A stretch of 40,344 nucleotides of DNA from Myxococcota bacterium (GCA_036012755.1 DASCPX010000105.1:1-40344), one strand, 5' to 3'. Counted from the stretch's first letter, positions 18,127-27,341 are shown. Translations and numbers: made by a program. The notes: generated by a model not told the origin, from the letters alone.

Positions 18127-18774
18127 GCGTTGCTGCTCGACGGCGCTCTCGCTGGAAGGGAACTCACCGTCGGCGAGGAAGCCCAGCGTGAGGCGCTGGA
18201 CCTCCTTGTTGCCTGGCAGAAATGTGTGGCGGACAGGGACGACGACGAAGTGGCTCACGCCGTCGAGTCGGGCCTCCTCAACGCGCACGGTCTGGTCGTT
18301 GTCGCCGTCGAGCACGGGGTTGAAGCCCCTGCTGGTGCCGGTGCCTCCGGTGATGATGCCGACCTCCGCAGTGCCGCGCGGGAGCTGGGCCGGGATGCCC
18401 GGGAGGACTTGCGCGAAGGGGTCCCATCCCACCTCGTGCACGGGAATCAGGCGTCGCGCGATCTCCGCCGTCTGCGCACCATGGTTGGGCGGCGCGAGCA
18501 TGACCAGCCGGCGCACCGGAGCGTGGGGGATGACGGCGCGTGCGAGCACGCCACCGTAGCTGTGGGTCACGAGATCGATGGTGTCGCCGGTCTGGTCAGC
18601 CAGTGACTCGATCCGGCCAGCCAGCTCCTGGGCAATGTCGGGCAGTCGGCGCCAATGGTAGGCCCAGGTCGGCAGCGAGACCATGTAGCCAGCCTTCTTC
18701 AGGGCAACCGCCATGGGCAGCATCGACACCCCCGTACGGAGGAAGCCGTGCAGCAGGAAGACCTGTCGGCTCAA
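18124..18774 (-). CDS. Small alpha/beta hydrolase (lipase/esterase-like)
   Basis: LLHGF oxyanion motif, VTHSYGG nucleophile elbow, LAPPNHG, DNDQTV (Asp), VRHTFL (His); start TTG 18774 overlapping the upstream TGA. Confidence 0.87.
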   Translation of the reverse strand: MSRQVFLLHGFLRTGVSMLPMAVALKKAGYMVSLPTWAYHWRRLPDIAQELAGRIESLADQTGDTIDLVTHSYGGVLARAVIPHAPVRRLVMLAPPNHGAQTAEIARRLIPVHEVGWDPFAQVLPGIPAQLPRGTAEVGIITGGTGTSRGFNPVLDGDNDQTVRVEEARLDGVSHFVVVPVRHTFLPGNKEVQRLTLGFLADGEFPSSESAVEQQR

Positions 18775-20549
18775 GGCAGGACCGCCCGAACCTGCGCCCT
18801 CCCCCGGTCCAACTCGACGAGGAGCAGGTCCTCGGCGAGCGTCGTGCAAGCCAGTGTGAGGCGCCCTCCGACCACCCCGACCACCTGGATCGAGTCGATG
18901 TCGAAGAGGGGCTCGACCACCAGCGGGATCGGCTTGTCGCCCTCGCCCAGGACACACGCCCAGGCACCGCAGCGTCCATCGGGCTGCTCGCGAGAGTAGA
19001 CGACGACGGGCTTGCCATCCACCGCCACGAGGTCGAGCGCGGCCACGGCGTGGTCTCCGTCGAGTGTCACGGAGGTGGGTCGCGCGTCCTGGACGAGCTC
19101 GGCCCAGCGAAGGCCCCCATGGCCCTCGGCGAGCCAGGCGACGACGGTTCGATCACCGGCGCGGCACGACGCGGCGACCCGAACGGCGAATTGGCTCGGC
19201 TCCTGAAGCGGGTCCTCGAGACCGCGGGGTCCGATGGGGTGGATGACGCCACCACGAGTGCTGAGCACGGGGTGCTCGTTTCCGAGCAGCGCGCGCGCCG
19301 TCGACGCGCGGGCGGCGAAGACCCGCTCGAGCTCATCTGCAATCCGGTGGCAGTAGAGAGTCGGTCCCCGGCGTCCCAGGCCATAGACGTGGACCTGGGC
19401 GCCGCCGGTGACGATCGGGGCCACCACCGGGTCGTACCCGAGCCGGAAGCTCGAGCTGTCGACGATCTCACCCGAGGTCGAGAGCCTCGTGACCTGGAAC
19501 TCGGTGCCGGAGGGCCGCTCCAACATGCAGACCGAGGCGAAGCCCTCGCCGCAGACGACGATTCCTCGGGACAGGACGAGCTCGGCGGGAGCCGGAATCG
19601 CTGGGGCGCGACCGGCGAACCCGTCTCCCCGGGCCAGCACCGCGCAACGATTGACGAGGGTCCGTTCGTCGTCCTCGTTCTCCCACAGGATGGCGATGTC
19701 GGTGCCGAGGATGGCCGCGTGCGGGTCCTCGATGCGAACGGTCTCGGGAACGTCCGGGTAGCTCGGAGCGTCCGCTTGCTGTCCCAGTCCCCTGCGAGCC
19801 GTGCTGTCCAACCGAGCGCGGGTCAGGTCCGCGTCACGGAGGATGGCTCCGGCGAGCTCCGCTTCGGCGAGATCTGCCTCGACGAGGCTCGCTCCCGAGA
19901 GGTCGGCGTCCACCAGCGACGCTGCGGTCAGATCGGCGCGCTCCAGGCGAGCGCCGCCCAACGAAGCGCTCCGGAAGCAGGTGTTCGCAGCGCGAGCTCC
20001 ACGGAGGTCGGCGCCGACCATCCCGCAGTCCTCGAAGCTCGCCCCTGCGAGGTTCGCCTCCGAGAAACGACAGCCGCTGAGCTTCGACTTCGAGAAGTCC
20101 GCCTTGTCCAGTCGGGCCTCGCCGAAGTCGGCCTCCTCGAAGTGGACACCCTTGGCTTCGGCGGCGGTGAGGCGGCACTTGCGGAAGATCGCGCTCGGCC
20201 CCTTCGAGCCGTTCAGCACTACGTCCGAGAGATCCGAGTCCGAGAAGTCCGCGCGGCTGAGGTCGACCTGGTCGAGGTAGGCCTCCCGCCACTTGCTTCG
20301 GACAGCGACCACACCGTCGAGGCAGGCACCGGTGAGGTCGGCGCCGTTGAGATTCGCGCGCACGAGCAGTGCGTTCGACAGGTCAGCAGAGGACAGGTCG
20401 GCCTTCTCGAGGTTCGCGCCGGAGAGGTCCACGCCCTGCAGGTTCCTTCCAGCCAGGTCCGCGGCGAAGAGGTCCGGCGTGCTCCTCCGTCCTCTCTGCT
20501 CGTTGAACTCCGCGACTCGTTCCTGTTCCAGAAGCTCGAGCAGCGTCAC
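18771..20549 (-). CDS. Pentapeptide-repeat protein with large unassigned beta-rich C-terminal domain
   Basis: N-terminal ~250 aa of A(D/N)L-x-x repeats (ADLAG, ANLEK, ADLSS, ADFSD, ADLRG...); GGAGG SD upstream of GTG 20549. Confidence 0.88.
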   Translation of the reverse strand: MTLLELLEQERVAEFNEQRGRRSTPDLFAADLAGRNLQGVDLSGANLEKADLSSADLSNALLVRANLNGADLTGACLDGVVAVRSKWREAYLDQVDLSRADFSDSDLSDVVLNGSKGPSAIFRKCRLTAAEAKGVHFEEADFGEARLDKADFSKSKLSGCRFSEANLAGASFEDCGMVGADLRGARAANTCFRSASLGGARLERADLTAASLVDADLSGASLVEADLAEAELAGAILRDADLTRARLDSTARRGLGQQADAPSYPDVPETVRIEDPHAAILGTDIAILWENEDDERTLVNRCAVLARGDGFAGRAPAIPAPAELVLSRGIVVCGEGFASVCMLERPSGTEFQVTRLSTSGEIVDSSSFRLGYDPVVAPIVTGGAQVHVYGLGRRGPTLYCHRIADELERVFAARASTARALLGNEHPVLSTRGGVIHPIGPRGLEDPLQEPSQFAVRVAASCRAGDRTVVAWLAEGHGGLRWAELVQDARPTSVTLDGDHAVAALDLVAVDGKPVVVYSREQPDGRCGAWACVLGEGDKPIPLVVEPLFDIDSIQVVGVVGGRLTLACTTLAEDLLLVELDRGRAQVRAVLP

Positions 20550-20609
20550 GAGGGCCTCCGAGCTTGCGGTGAAGCCGCTGATCGGTCAGGTTCCAGCGCT
20601 GGAGTCGTC

Positions 20610-21437
20610 ATGTTGAGCATCATGGTCGTCCTGGCCTGCACCAAGCCTGGAGATGTCGGGGAAGACAGCGGAGCCGCCGGAGAGCCCGACGACAGCGCGG
20701 CGCAGTCCTATCCGTCGTCCTACGACAGCGGCAAGTACCGCGCTGAAACCCTTGTGATCGTGGAGGATCAGGAAGCCGGCGGTGACGTGGACGGGGACGG
20801 CGTGACCGAGAACAAGCTGCCTGCCGTCCTGATGCTCGTGGACATCGTCACGACCAGGCCGACGGCCGCAGCTGACATCAACGCGACCTTGGTCGAGGAT
20901 CTCGGCGACGGCTCCATCGTCGTCCTCGCGGAGATGGCCTACGCCGACGGCTCCCTCACCCAGGACATACTGCTCGGTCTGATCGACGATCTGGGCGCCC
21001 TGGGCGTAGACCCGGCCAGCTTCGCCGAGGACGGCACGCCGAACAGCCGGTTGACCGGCGTCTTCGTGGACGAGACCGCCTACCGGGTGAAGGCCGATCG
21101 CATCCTGCTCCCCTTCCCGATCCTGGAAGACGAACCGCCGATCCTGGTGCCGCTGGAGCTGGTCAAGATCGAGGGCGCCGTGACCAGCGAGGAGGTCGAC
21201 GGCCTGATGTACGGCGCCGTCCCCGTGGACGACATGGTCGACGGGGTGATCGACCCAATCACGCCGAGCGGCGAGGACTACGACCCCGCCGACTACCAGG
21301 ACATGGAGCGGGACGAGTTCCTCGAGTACGTGAGGGAACTGGCCAACGATCCGGACTTCAGCGACATCGACCTCGGCGACGGACGTCGGGCGATCTCGGC
21401 GGCCCTGACCTTCACGGCCACGAAATCCGACTGGTAG
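20610..21437 (+). CDS. Acidic hypothetical lipoprotein
   Basis: MLSIMVVLA-C lipobox-like start, GGAG upstream, DVDGDG Ca-binding-like motif, GC3-rich codon pattern; start re-assigned from 18540. Confidence 0.75.
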   Translation: MLSIMVVLACTKPGDVGEDSGAAGEPDDSAAQSYPSSYDSGKYRAETLVIVEDQEAGGDVDGDGVTENKLPAVLMLVDIVTTRPTAAADINATLVEDLGDGSIVVLAEMAYADGSLTQDILLGLIDDLGALGVDPASFAEDGTPNSRLTGVFVDETAYRVKADRILLPFPILEDEPPILVPLELVKIEGAVTSEEVDGLMYGAVPVDDMVDGVIDPITPSGEDYDPADYQDMERDEFLEYVRELANDPDFSDIDLGDGRRAISAALTFTATKSDW

Positions 21438-21493
21438 GAACCACCTTCGGGGGCGAGCGGTTAGCTTCATGCTCGACCTTTCCAGGAGGCAAA

Positions 21494-22201
21494 GTGTTGA
21501 TTCTCATGGCCCTCACCGGGTGCAAGGACCCGACGGGTATCTGGCTGTTCCAGCTCGAGTCCGGCGACATCGAGTGCACCGACACGGTCACCGAAAACTA
21601 CACGGATGGCTCGGCCACCGACACCACGACCACCGGTGACTGGACCATCGTCGAGTCCGAGAGCATGAGCCCCTCGCTCGTGTTCGGGCAGATCGTCAAG
21701 CACAGTCGCAACGAAGGCGTGCTCGTCATCGGAGATTTCGTGTTCCCGGGCACCCTCGAGGGTGGGATCTGGACCTTCACGTGGACCGGTGAGGAGACGA
21801 CCAGCGACAGCGAGACCCACGCGGACGGCTACACCTACACGCGCGATGTCCTCGGAACCAGCACGACCACCTGGACCCTGACGGTCTCCGGCGACAACGC
21901 CGAAGGCACGGGCAGCACCGACACGGACGAGACCCGCAGCTGGACCGAGACGGACGAGTGGGACACCCTCGAGGTCGGCGTCGACACCAGCAAGGTGCCC
22001 TCTCCGAACTACCTCGAGGACGAGGACGGCTTCCCGGTCCTCAACGAGCCTGAGGAGTCCGACTGCTCTTCCGGGAGATGTGAGCTCTCTGCCCAGTCAG
22101 TGTGCAGCGGCAGCGCTCCGTTCTCGGCGGTCTGGGCAGGCTTCCTCGAGGAGGACGCCTACAACGGCGTCTCACGGGCGCGCCAGGACCCCGGCACCTG
22201 A
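21494..22201 (+). CDS. Thr/Asp-rich hypothetical lipoprotein
   Basis: AGGAGG SD, (V)LILMALTG-C lipobox, beta-rich acidic sequence with several Cys. Confidence 0.75.
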   Translation: MLILMALTGCKDPTGIWLFQLESGDIECTDTVTENYTDGSATDTTTTGDWTIVESESMSPSLVFGQIVKHSRNEGVLVIGDFVFPGTLEGGIWTFTWTGEETTSDSETHADGYTYTRDVLGTSTTTWTLTVSGDNAEGTGSTDTDETRSWTETDEWDTLEVGVDTSKVPSPNYLEDEDGFPVLNEPEESDCSSGRCELSAQSVCSGSAPFSAVWAGFLEEDAYNGVSRARQDPGT

Positions 22202-22908
22202 TGTCGGTCCTCCTCCTCCTCACGCTCGCCGCGGACGCCGCCGAACTCCCGGTCGCCCTTCGTCCGGCCATAGTGGACGCTGGCGGAGAAGGCGGGAAGA
22301 ACAAGGGCAAGAAGAAAAAGAAGAAGAAGGCGGGCTGGAGCTCGGCGCCCTTCGTCCAGCCGCAGATCGGCGCCGTCATGCTGGCGGCGAACGGGGGCGG
22401 CGCCCTCGCGGCAGACCTCGGTTTCACGGGTGGAGCGCAGTACCGCTGGACAGGCGATCCGAAGCTGCGAGGCCAGAGTCACGTCGCCCTGTCGGGTCAG
22501 CTTGGCGCCGGCGTGCTCGGAACGGACGCTCGCGTGGGCACGAGGCTGGGCCCTGTGGTCGGAGCTCTCTCTCCGCAGCTCGGGCTGGAGCTCTTCTGGA
22601 ACCGAGCCGCCTGGTCCGGGGCGTCGCTCGCCGCCTCTCCAGGGGTCGCCATCCCGCTGGCGCTCAAGGTCGGCAAGGGCGATGTCCGTGCAGATTTCGG
22701 CGTCGCCCCAGCGTGGCTCTCGAACACCAACCGGCGCACGCCCTCCCGCGCAACGGGCCTCCCGGGTTTTGCCCACGAGATCTCCTACTCCGCCGCCCTC
22801 GAGATGAAGCGCGACAGCCTACGCCTCGGCCTGGCGTACGAGGCACAGGTCCGCGAAGTCGGCACCACCCACACCCTCGGCCTGCGGGTTCGCCGCAAGC
22901 TGGGGTGA
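22201..22908 (+). CDS. Exported hypothetical protein, probable outer-membrane beta-barrel, with poly-Lys tract
   Basis: ATG overlaps the upstream TGA; hydrophobic N-terminus, KNKGKKKKKKK tract, alternating amphipathic strands (LGLELFW, LRLGLAY, HTLGLRVR). Confidence 0.6.
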   Translation: MSVLLLLTLAADAAELPVALRPAIVDAGGEGGKNKGKKKKKKKAGWSSAPFVQPQIGAVMLAANGGGALAADLGFTGGAQYRWTGDPKLRGQSHVALSGQLGAGVLGTDARVGTRLGPVVGALSPQLGLELFWNRAAWSGASLAASPGVAIPLALKVGKGDVRADFGVAPAWLSNTNRRTPSRATGLPGFAHEISYSAALEMKRDSLRLGLAYEAQVREVGTTHTLGLRVRRKLG

Positions 22909-22962
22909 TCCCCCTGGCCGAGCGGCTATGTTGGCCGCTCGGGCAGGGAACGAGGAAAGCAC

Positions 22963-23598
22963 ATGACCCTACTCGCGCTCACCCTGAGTGTCGGCTGCCC
23001 AGCTCCGGAGGCTGACGACAGCGCCGTCGAGGCTGACGCCGACACCGACAGCGACGCCGACACCGACACCGACACTGACGCGGACGCGGACTCGGACACG
23101 GACACGGACACCGACACGGACACCGACGCCGACGCCGACGCCGACAGCGACGCGGATGCCGACACGGACGCCGACACGGACGCCGACGCCGACACCGACA
23201 GCGACGCCGACACCGACACCGGCGGCGAGACCTGCGCTCCGGCCGACCTGAGCTGGCTGGCCGAGACCCGCGACTCCAGCGGCACGGCCACGACGAGCTT
23301 CACGACCGCCGACGAGATCATCGCGGCCGGGGTCGTGGAGAACCCATGCTCGGTGGACGTCAGCTTCACCACGCCCGACGCCTGCCTGACGACCGGCGGT
23401 GGCCTGACCTCCGGGTCCGGTATCGGCATGGCCTGGTCGAAGCTCTGCACCGGCGGTGTGACCTCGTGGACGGTCCCAGCCGGCGGCTCGATCGAGGAGT
23501 CCGAGAGCCTCGGGCGACTGTCCGCCGACAGCTACGGCCTCGAGATCTACTTCAACCGTGGCAGCTTCAAGGGCACGACCTCGTTCACCGTGAAGTGA
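22963..23598 (+). CDS. Lipoprotein with Asp-(Thr/Ala/Ser) repeat stalk and small C-terminal beta-sandwich-like domain
   Basis: GAGGA SD, MTLLALTLSVG-C lipobox, D-x repeat, then ~125-aa Cys-containing beta-rich domain. Confidence 0.8.
   Translation: MTLLALTLSVGCPAPEADDSAVEADADTDSDADTDTDTDADADSDTDTDTDTDTDADADADSDADADTDADTDADADTDSDADTDTGGETCAPADLSWLAETRDSSGTATTSFTTADEIIAAGVVENPCSVDVSFTTPDACLTTGGGLTSGSGIGMAWSKLCTGGVTSWTVPAGGSIEESESLGRLSADSYGLEIYFNRGSFKGTTSFTVK
23035..23220 (+). repeat. Coding hexanucleotide tandem repeat GA(C/T)-NNN, 31 Asp-(Thr/Ala/Ser) units
   Basis: 186 nt of gacacc/gacgcc/gacagc/gacacg/gacgcg-type units; 23035-23070 and 23185-23220 are identical 36-mers. Confidence 0.95.
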
Positions 23599-23631
23599 CC
23601 CCCAGCCCGGCGGACGGGCGACAATGGGCCG

Positions 23632-25464
23632 ATGCTGCTCTTCGGGCTGGCGCTGGCCCACACTCCCCACGACACGACGACCTTCCTCGCAGTCGACGAG
23701 GACGGGCGCCTGCTCACCGCGCTGTCCCGCACCCCCGAGCTCCTGCTCCTGAGCTCCGAGGACGAGGGACGAAGGTGGGACCGCGATCGCTGGCTCGGTG
23801 ACATCCCCACGGACGGTGTCTGGCTGGACGGCGAGGCGTTCGTGGTCGACGGGAGTGACGGCATCTCCTTCGCGGACATCTACGAGGGAGAGCTCTGGAC
23901 CGGAGGCGAAGCGGGCCTCTTCATCGACGGCGAGCCGGTCACTGACGAGGTCATCGTCGCGCTCGCCTCGCCCTGCTACGCGACGACGGATCGCGTGGTG
24001 TGCCAGGGGGAGCACAGCCTCGATGCCCAGGTGGTCGACATCGCCTGGGGGGGAGACCAGACCTACGTGGCCACCGACGGCGAGGGTCTCCTCGAGCTCG
24101 TCGGAGAGAGCTGGGAGCGCGTGGACGGCCCGGGGGATCGCGTCGCCTGCGTCGATGTGCTCGACGGCGTGCTCTACGTCGCCGAGTTCGCCGACATCCT
24201 CTGGGTCGACGGGGTCTCCAGCGAGCCCTTTCCCGAGACCCAGGAGGGGCCCGGCAATCCCCCTGACGGACGCCACTATTTCGGCTTCGAGCAAAGTCAG
24301 GAGGCGGTCTGGCTGGCCAGCTGGGAGGGCATCCTCAGCAGTGACGACCAGGGCCAGAGCTGGCAGGAGCATCCTGTCATCACCCCAGAGGTGCACCGCT
24401 CCGTGGCGATCGACGACCAGGGTCGCTGGTACCTCGGCAGCTATGGCGGCGGGCTTGTTCGCTTCGACGCCTCCACGGGGATCTCGGAGCCGCTGTCGAA
24501 GACCTCACCTGCCGGTTTCGTACGCCAGGTAGAGGTCGGAGACACGGTCTGGTTCACCGAGAAGGGGCAGCTGTGGCGCTTCGACGACCCTGACTGGACC
24601 TCCATCGAAGGCAGCGCAGAGGACATCTCCGTGGATGGCTCCACGTTGTTGGTAGCCGGCGAGGACGGAGTCCTGCGCTCGACGGACGGAGAGGTCTTCG
24701 TGCAGCTCCTCCAAGGCGACTTCGAGCACGTCGCCCTCGACGGGGAGCGCTGGGCCGCGCTGGACTCCGACGGCACCCTGACCCTCGACGGCGAGGTCGT
24801 GGGCGATGGCTATCAGGGCGTCAACGACATCGCTCTGGACGAGGGCGTCGTCGTGCTCTCGACGTCTGCCGGGCTGATCCGGACCGACGGCTCGGTCGAG
24901 CACGCCGGAGAGTGGGTCGAGGCCTGGGAGGACGGAGTCGCCCTGCTCGACGACGGGCACGTGGTCACGGACCTGGCGGTCGTCGGCGACATCACGCTCC
25001 GGAGCACACACGACGGCGTCTTCGATCAGGACGGCGACCTGGTCAGCAACGTGCTGCTCATCGACGCCGGCCACCCCGGCTGGAGCGGCGAGGCCATCGC
25101 CCACACCGACACCGAGTCGATCCGCTGGACCCGGCACGTCGTTTCCCCGTGGGAGAGCCTGAGCCTGTCATTCCACGGGGAGGGGCTCCGCCTCCACGGC
25201 GTCGGTACCGTGCTCGTCGACGGCGAGGAGGTCGAACCCTGCGCGCTGGTCTCGCCCGGCTACCACACGCTGGAGATCCCGGGACCGGCCGAGGTCGACG
25301 CAGTGGAGATCCTCCTCGGCCGTGGCTGGCAGGACCTGGACTGCGGCGAGGAGGAGGAGGAACCACCCAGCTCCCGCTGCGGAGGCTGCGCGTCCCTCGA
25401 TCTGGCAGGCGGGGCCTGGCTTCTCGCCCTGCTCCTGGCCGCTCGGCGCGACCGCGGGTCGTGA
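23632..25464 (+). CDS. Exported beta-propeller-like (BNR/Asp-box) protein with MYXO-CTERM-like C-terminal anchor
   Basis: Signal MLLFGLALA; Asp-box motifs SEDEGRRW, SDDQGQSW, STDGEVF; tail EEEEEPPSSRCGGCAS...AWLLALLLAARRDR. Confidence 0.75.
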   Translation: MLLFGLALAHTPHDTTTFLAVDEDGRLLTALSRTPELLLLSSEDEGRRWDRDRWLGDIPTDGVWLDGEAFVVDGSDGISFADIYEGELWTGGEAGLFIDGEPVTDEVIVALASPCYATTDRVVCQGEHSLDAQVVDIAWGGDQTYVATDGEGLLELVGESWERVDGPGDRVACVDVLDGVLYVAEFADILWVDGVSSEPFPETQEGPGNPPDGRHYFGFEQSQEAVWLASWEGILSSDDQGQSWQEHPVITPEVHRSVAIDDQGRWYLGSYGGGLVRFDASTGISEPLSKTSPAGFVRQVEVGDTVWFTEKGQLWRFDDPDWTSIEGSAEDISVDGSTLLVAGEDGVLRSTDGEVFVQLLQGDFEHVALDGERWAALDSDGTLTLDGEVVGDGYQGVNDIALDEGVVVLSTSAGLIRTDGSVEHAGEWVEAWEDGVALLDDGHVVTDLAVVGDITLRSTHDGVFDQDGDLVSNVLLIDAGHPGWSGEAIAHTDTESIRWTRHVVSPWESLSLSFHGEGLRLHGVGTVLVDGEEVEPCALVSPGYHTLEIPGPAEVDAVEILLGRGWQDLDCGEEEEEPPSSRCGGCASLDLAGGAWLLALLLAARRDRGS

Positions 25465-26198
25465 GAGCCGAGTCGCCCAGCAACCTCCTGCGGCTGGTGG
25501 TGGTCGGTGGCACGGTGCTGCTGTTCTGGTGGATCTACGGGGGCATCGGGGTCATGCAGGCCGATGGGGTGGAGCTCCACACGCTGCCGACCCGGCTGGA
25601 CGCCTGGATTCCACTGTCGCCCGCCTAGGTGCTCGTCTACCTGTTCCTCTTCCCCCAGGTCATCTCACCGCTGGCCATCGTCACGAGCCGACGCGTGCTC
25701 TGGCGCTCGTGGCTCGCCTTCATCCTCATGATCGCCGCGGGAATCCCCTTCTGGCTGCTCTTCCCGGTGACCGTGCCGCGTGAGCCTGTCCCGGTCACGG
25801 ACCTCTGGTCCTACGGCCTCGCCCTCACGCGCTTCATCGACCCGCCGACGAACTGCTTCCCCTCGATGCACGTCGCAGACGCGGCCCTCGGCGCCCTCAT
25901 CATGCGCCGGCACGACCGGAGGGTCGGCAACCTGCTGATCGCCACCACGGCCTTGATCTGGTACAGCACCGTCGCCCTCGACCAGCACTGGATCGTAGAC
26001 GGCGCGCTCGGCCTCGCCATAGCCTTCACGGCCAACGCGCTGGCCTTCCGTGGCCTGCCCGAGACCGAGTTCCGGAGCCGCGCCAGCACCTGGCACGCCA
26101 GCTGGCTGGGCCTCTACGTGCTGCTCGTGCTCATCACCTCGTCCGGCTGGTGGACCGGCTGGGCCCTACCCTACCTGGACACACCGATCTGGCGCTGA
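25461..26198 (+). pseudogene. PAP2/Aur1-like membrane phosphatase/phosphotransferase interrupted by in-frame TAG at 25626-25628
   Basis: Continuous frame from GTG 25461 (overlapping the upstream stop): ...TRLDAWIPLSPA*VLVYLFLF...; downstream NCFPSMHV and QHWIVD catalytic motifs intact. Confidence 0.75.
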
Positions 26199-26207
26199 GC
26201 GGCCCTC

Positions 26208-27341
26208 TCAGATCCCATCGTCACCCAGCACGAGCTGGTTCTCGGCCCACGGGAGCACCTCCCCTTGGTTGTCGTCGGCGGCCCCGAGGACGTTCCAGCC
26301 GACCTCCCGCCCATAGCCCAAGGTGAACGCCGCTTGGACTCCCACGGGCTCGTACCAGAGCAGGCCCTTGCTGTCGCTGCCCGCGTTGGCGCTGTAGGCG
26401 AAGGGGCGCTCTTCGCCCTGGTACTCGAACTCCTGGTCCCCGTCGTCGCCCCAGGCCAGGGCGATGTAGGCAGCGCTGACGAGCCCGAGCGCCGAGTAGT
26501 CGGTTCCGTCTGCGGAGATGGAGCTCAGCGACTCCTTCGCGGGCATGCCGATGGGCTGGAACTCGAAGCGCCCGTCGGCCCCAGCCTCCGCGAGTCCGTG
26601 CCACGGCGCCCGGTCGGTCGGGTCCCCGCTGATGAGCTCCTGGAAGAACTCGACGTTCCACAGGGTGACCGTGACCTGACCGTCGGGCAGCTCCGCGTCG
26701 ACCTTCCCGGAGACGCCCTCCTCGGTCCGGTTCAAGGGCAAGAGGTTCGACTCGACGTCCCAGACGAAGAAGGACTGCTCGATGGCGTAGACATCCTTGA
26801 TCTCTCCGACGTCCAGGTCCGGGATGCTGATCAGGTACCAGCCCGGCCCCTCGTCGAAGCCCGAGGCGTTCCCGGAGACGACGTGGACCAACAGGTCGGT
26901 GGAGTTGCCACCGACGATGGTGTCGGCCGGGTCGATCACGCCGTTTCCGTCGTCGACGTAGGCAACGAGCATGAACGTCGTGCCCGTCATCCCCTGGATG
27001 TCGTACTCCTGCTCTGCGGGGACGGCGTCGGGGACGCCGAGCTTGAAGGGCCGCTCCACGCCCGGGGAGAGGTCCTCGACGAGCGCCTCGTCCACGAGCT
27101 CGAAGACGTTCATGAAGGGCTCGGTCTCCGCCGCCCCGAAGATGAACTCGAAGCGAACGACACCCACGGTGACCCGGGGGAGCGCGTTCCGAGAGCTCCG
27201 GTCGGGGAGCATGTCCAGCGAGCCGCTGATCTCGATGACGTGGTCGTCACCAGAGTCACCGGAGTCCTCGGGGCCGACCTTGGTGCGCCAGTCGTAGTCG
27301 CTCTTCGTGATGAGCGCGCAAGCCGAGAGGAGGAACAGCAT
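26208..27341 (-). CDS. Acidic hypothetical lipoprotein with two internally repeated domains
   Basis: MLFLLSA-C lipobox at ATG 27341; paired motifs AYVDDGN/AWGDDGD and GPGWYLI/EVGWNVL. Confidence 0.72.
   Translation of the reverse strand: MLFLLSACALITKSDYDWRTKVGPEDSGDSGDDHVIEISGSLDMLPDRSSRNALPRVTVGVVRFEFIFGAAETEPFMNVFELVDEALVEDLSPGVERPFKLGVPDAVPAEQEYDIQGMTGTTFMLVAYVDDGNGVIDPADTIVGGNSTDLLVHVVSGNASGFDEGPGWYLISIPDLDVGEIKDVYAIEQSFFVWDVESNLLPLNRTEEGVSGKVDAELPDGQVTVTLWNVEFFQELISGDPTDRAPWHGLAEAGADGRFEFQPIGMPAKESLSSISADGTDYSALGLVSAAYIALAWGDDGDQEFEYQGEERPFAYSANAGSDSKGLLWYEPVGVQAAFTLGYGREVGWNVLGAADDNQGEVLPWAENQLVLGDDGI

Noticed and set aside
19790..20480. Pentapeptide protein as a Qnr/MfpA resistance gene
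   Set aside because: Much longer, with an extra domain and no mobile context; pentapeptide repeats alone do not imply resistance.
18540..21437. 965-aa plus-strand ORF
   Set aside because: The first 690 codons are antisense to the pentapeptide and hydrolase genes; only 20610-21437 looks like a real protein.
23035..23220. Tandem repeat as possible CRISPR array
   Set aside because: 6-nt period, in-frame coding, no unique spacers and no cas genes.
25626..25628. Genome-wide TAG reassignment or pyrrolysine
   Set aside because: TAG terminates genes at expected ends (11434, 11534, 14158, 18124, 21437, 37232); no pyl genes in the window; the site corresponds to a likely Trp.
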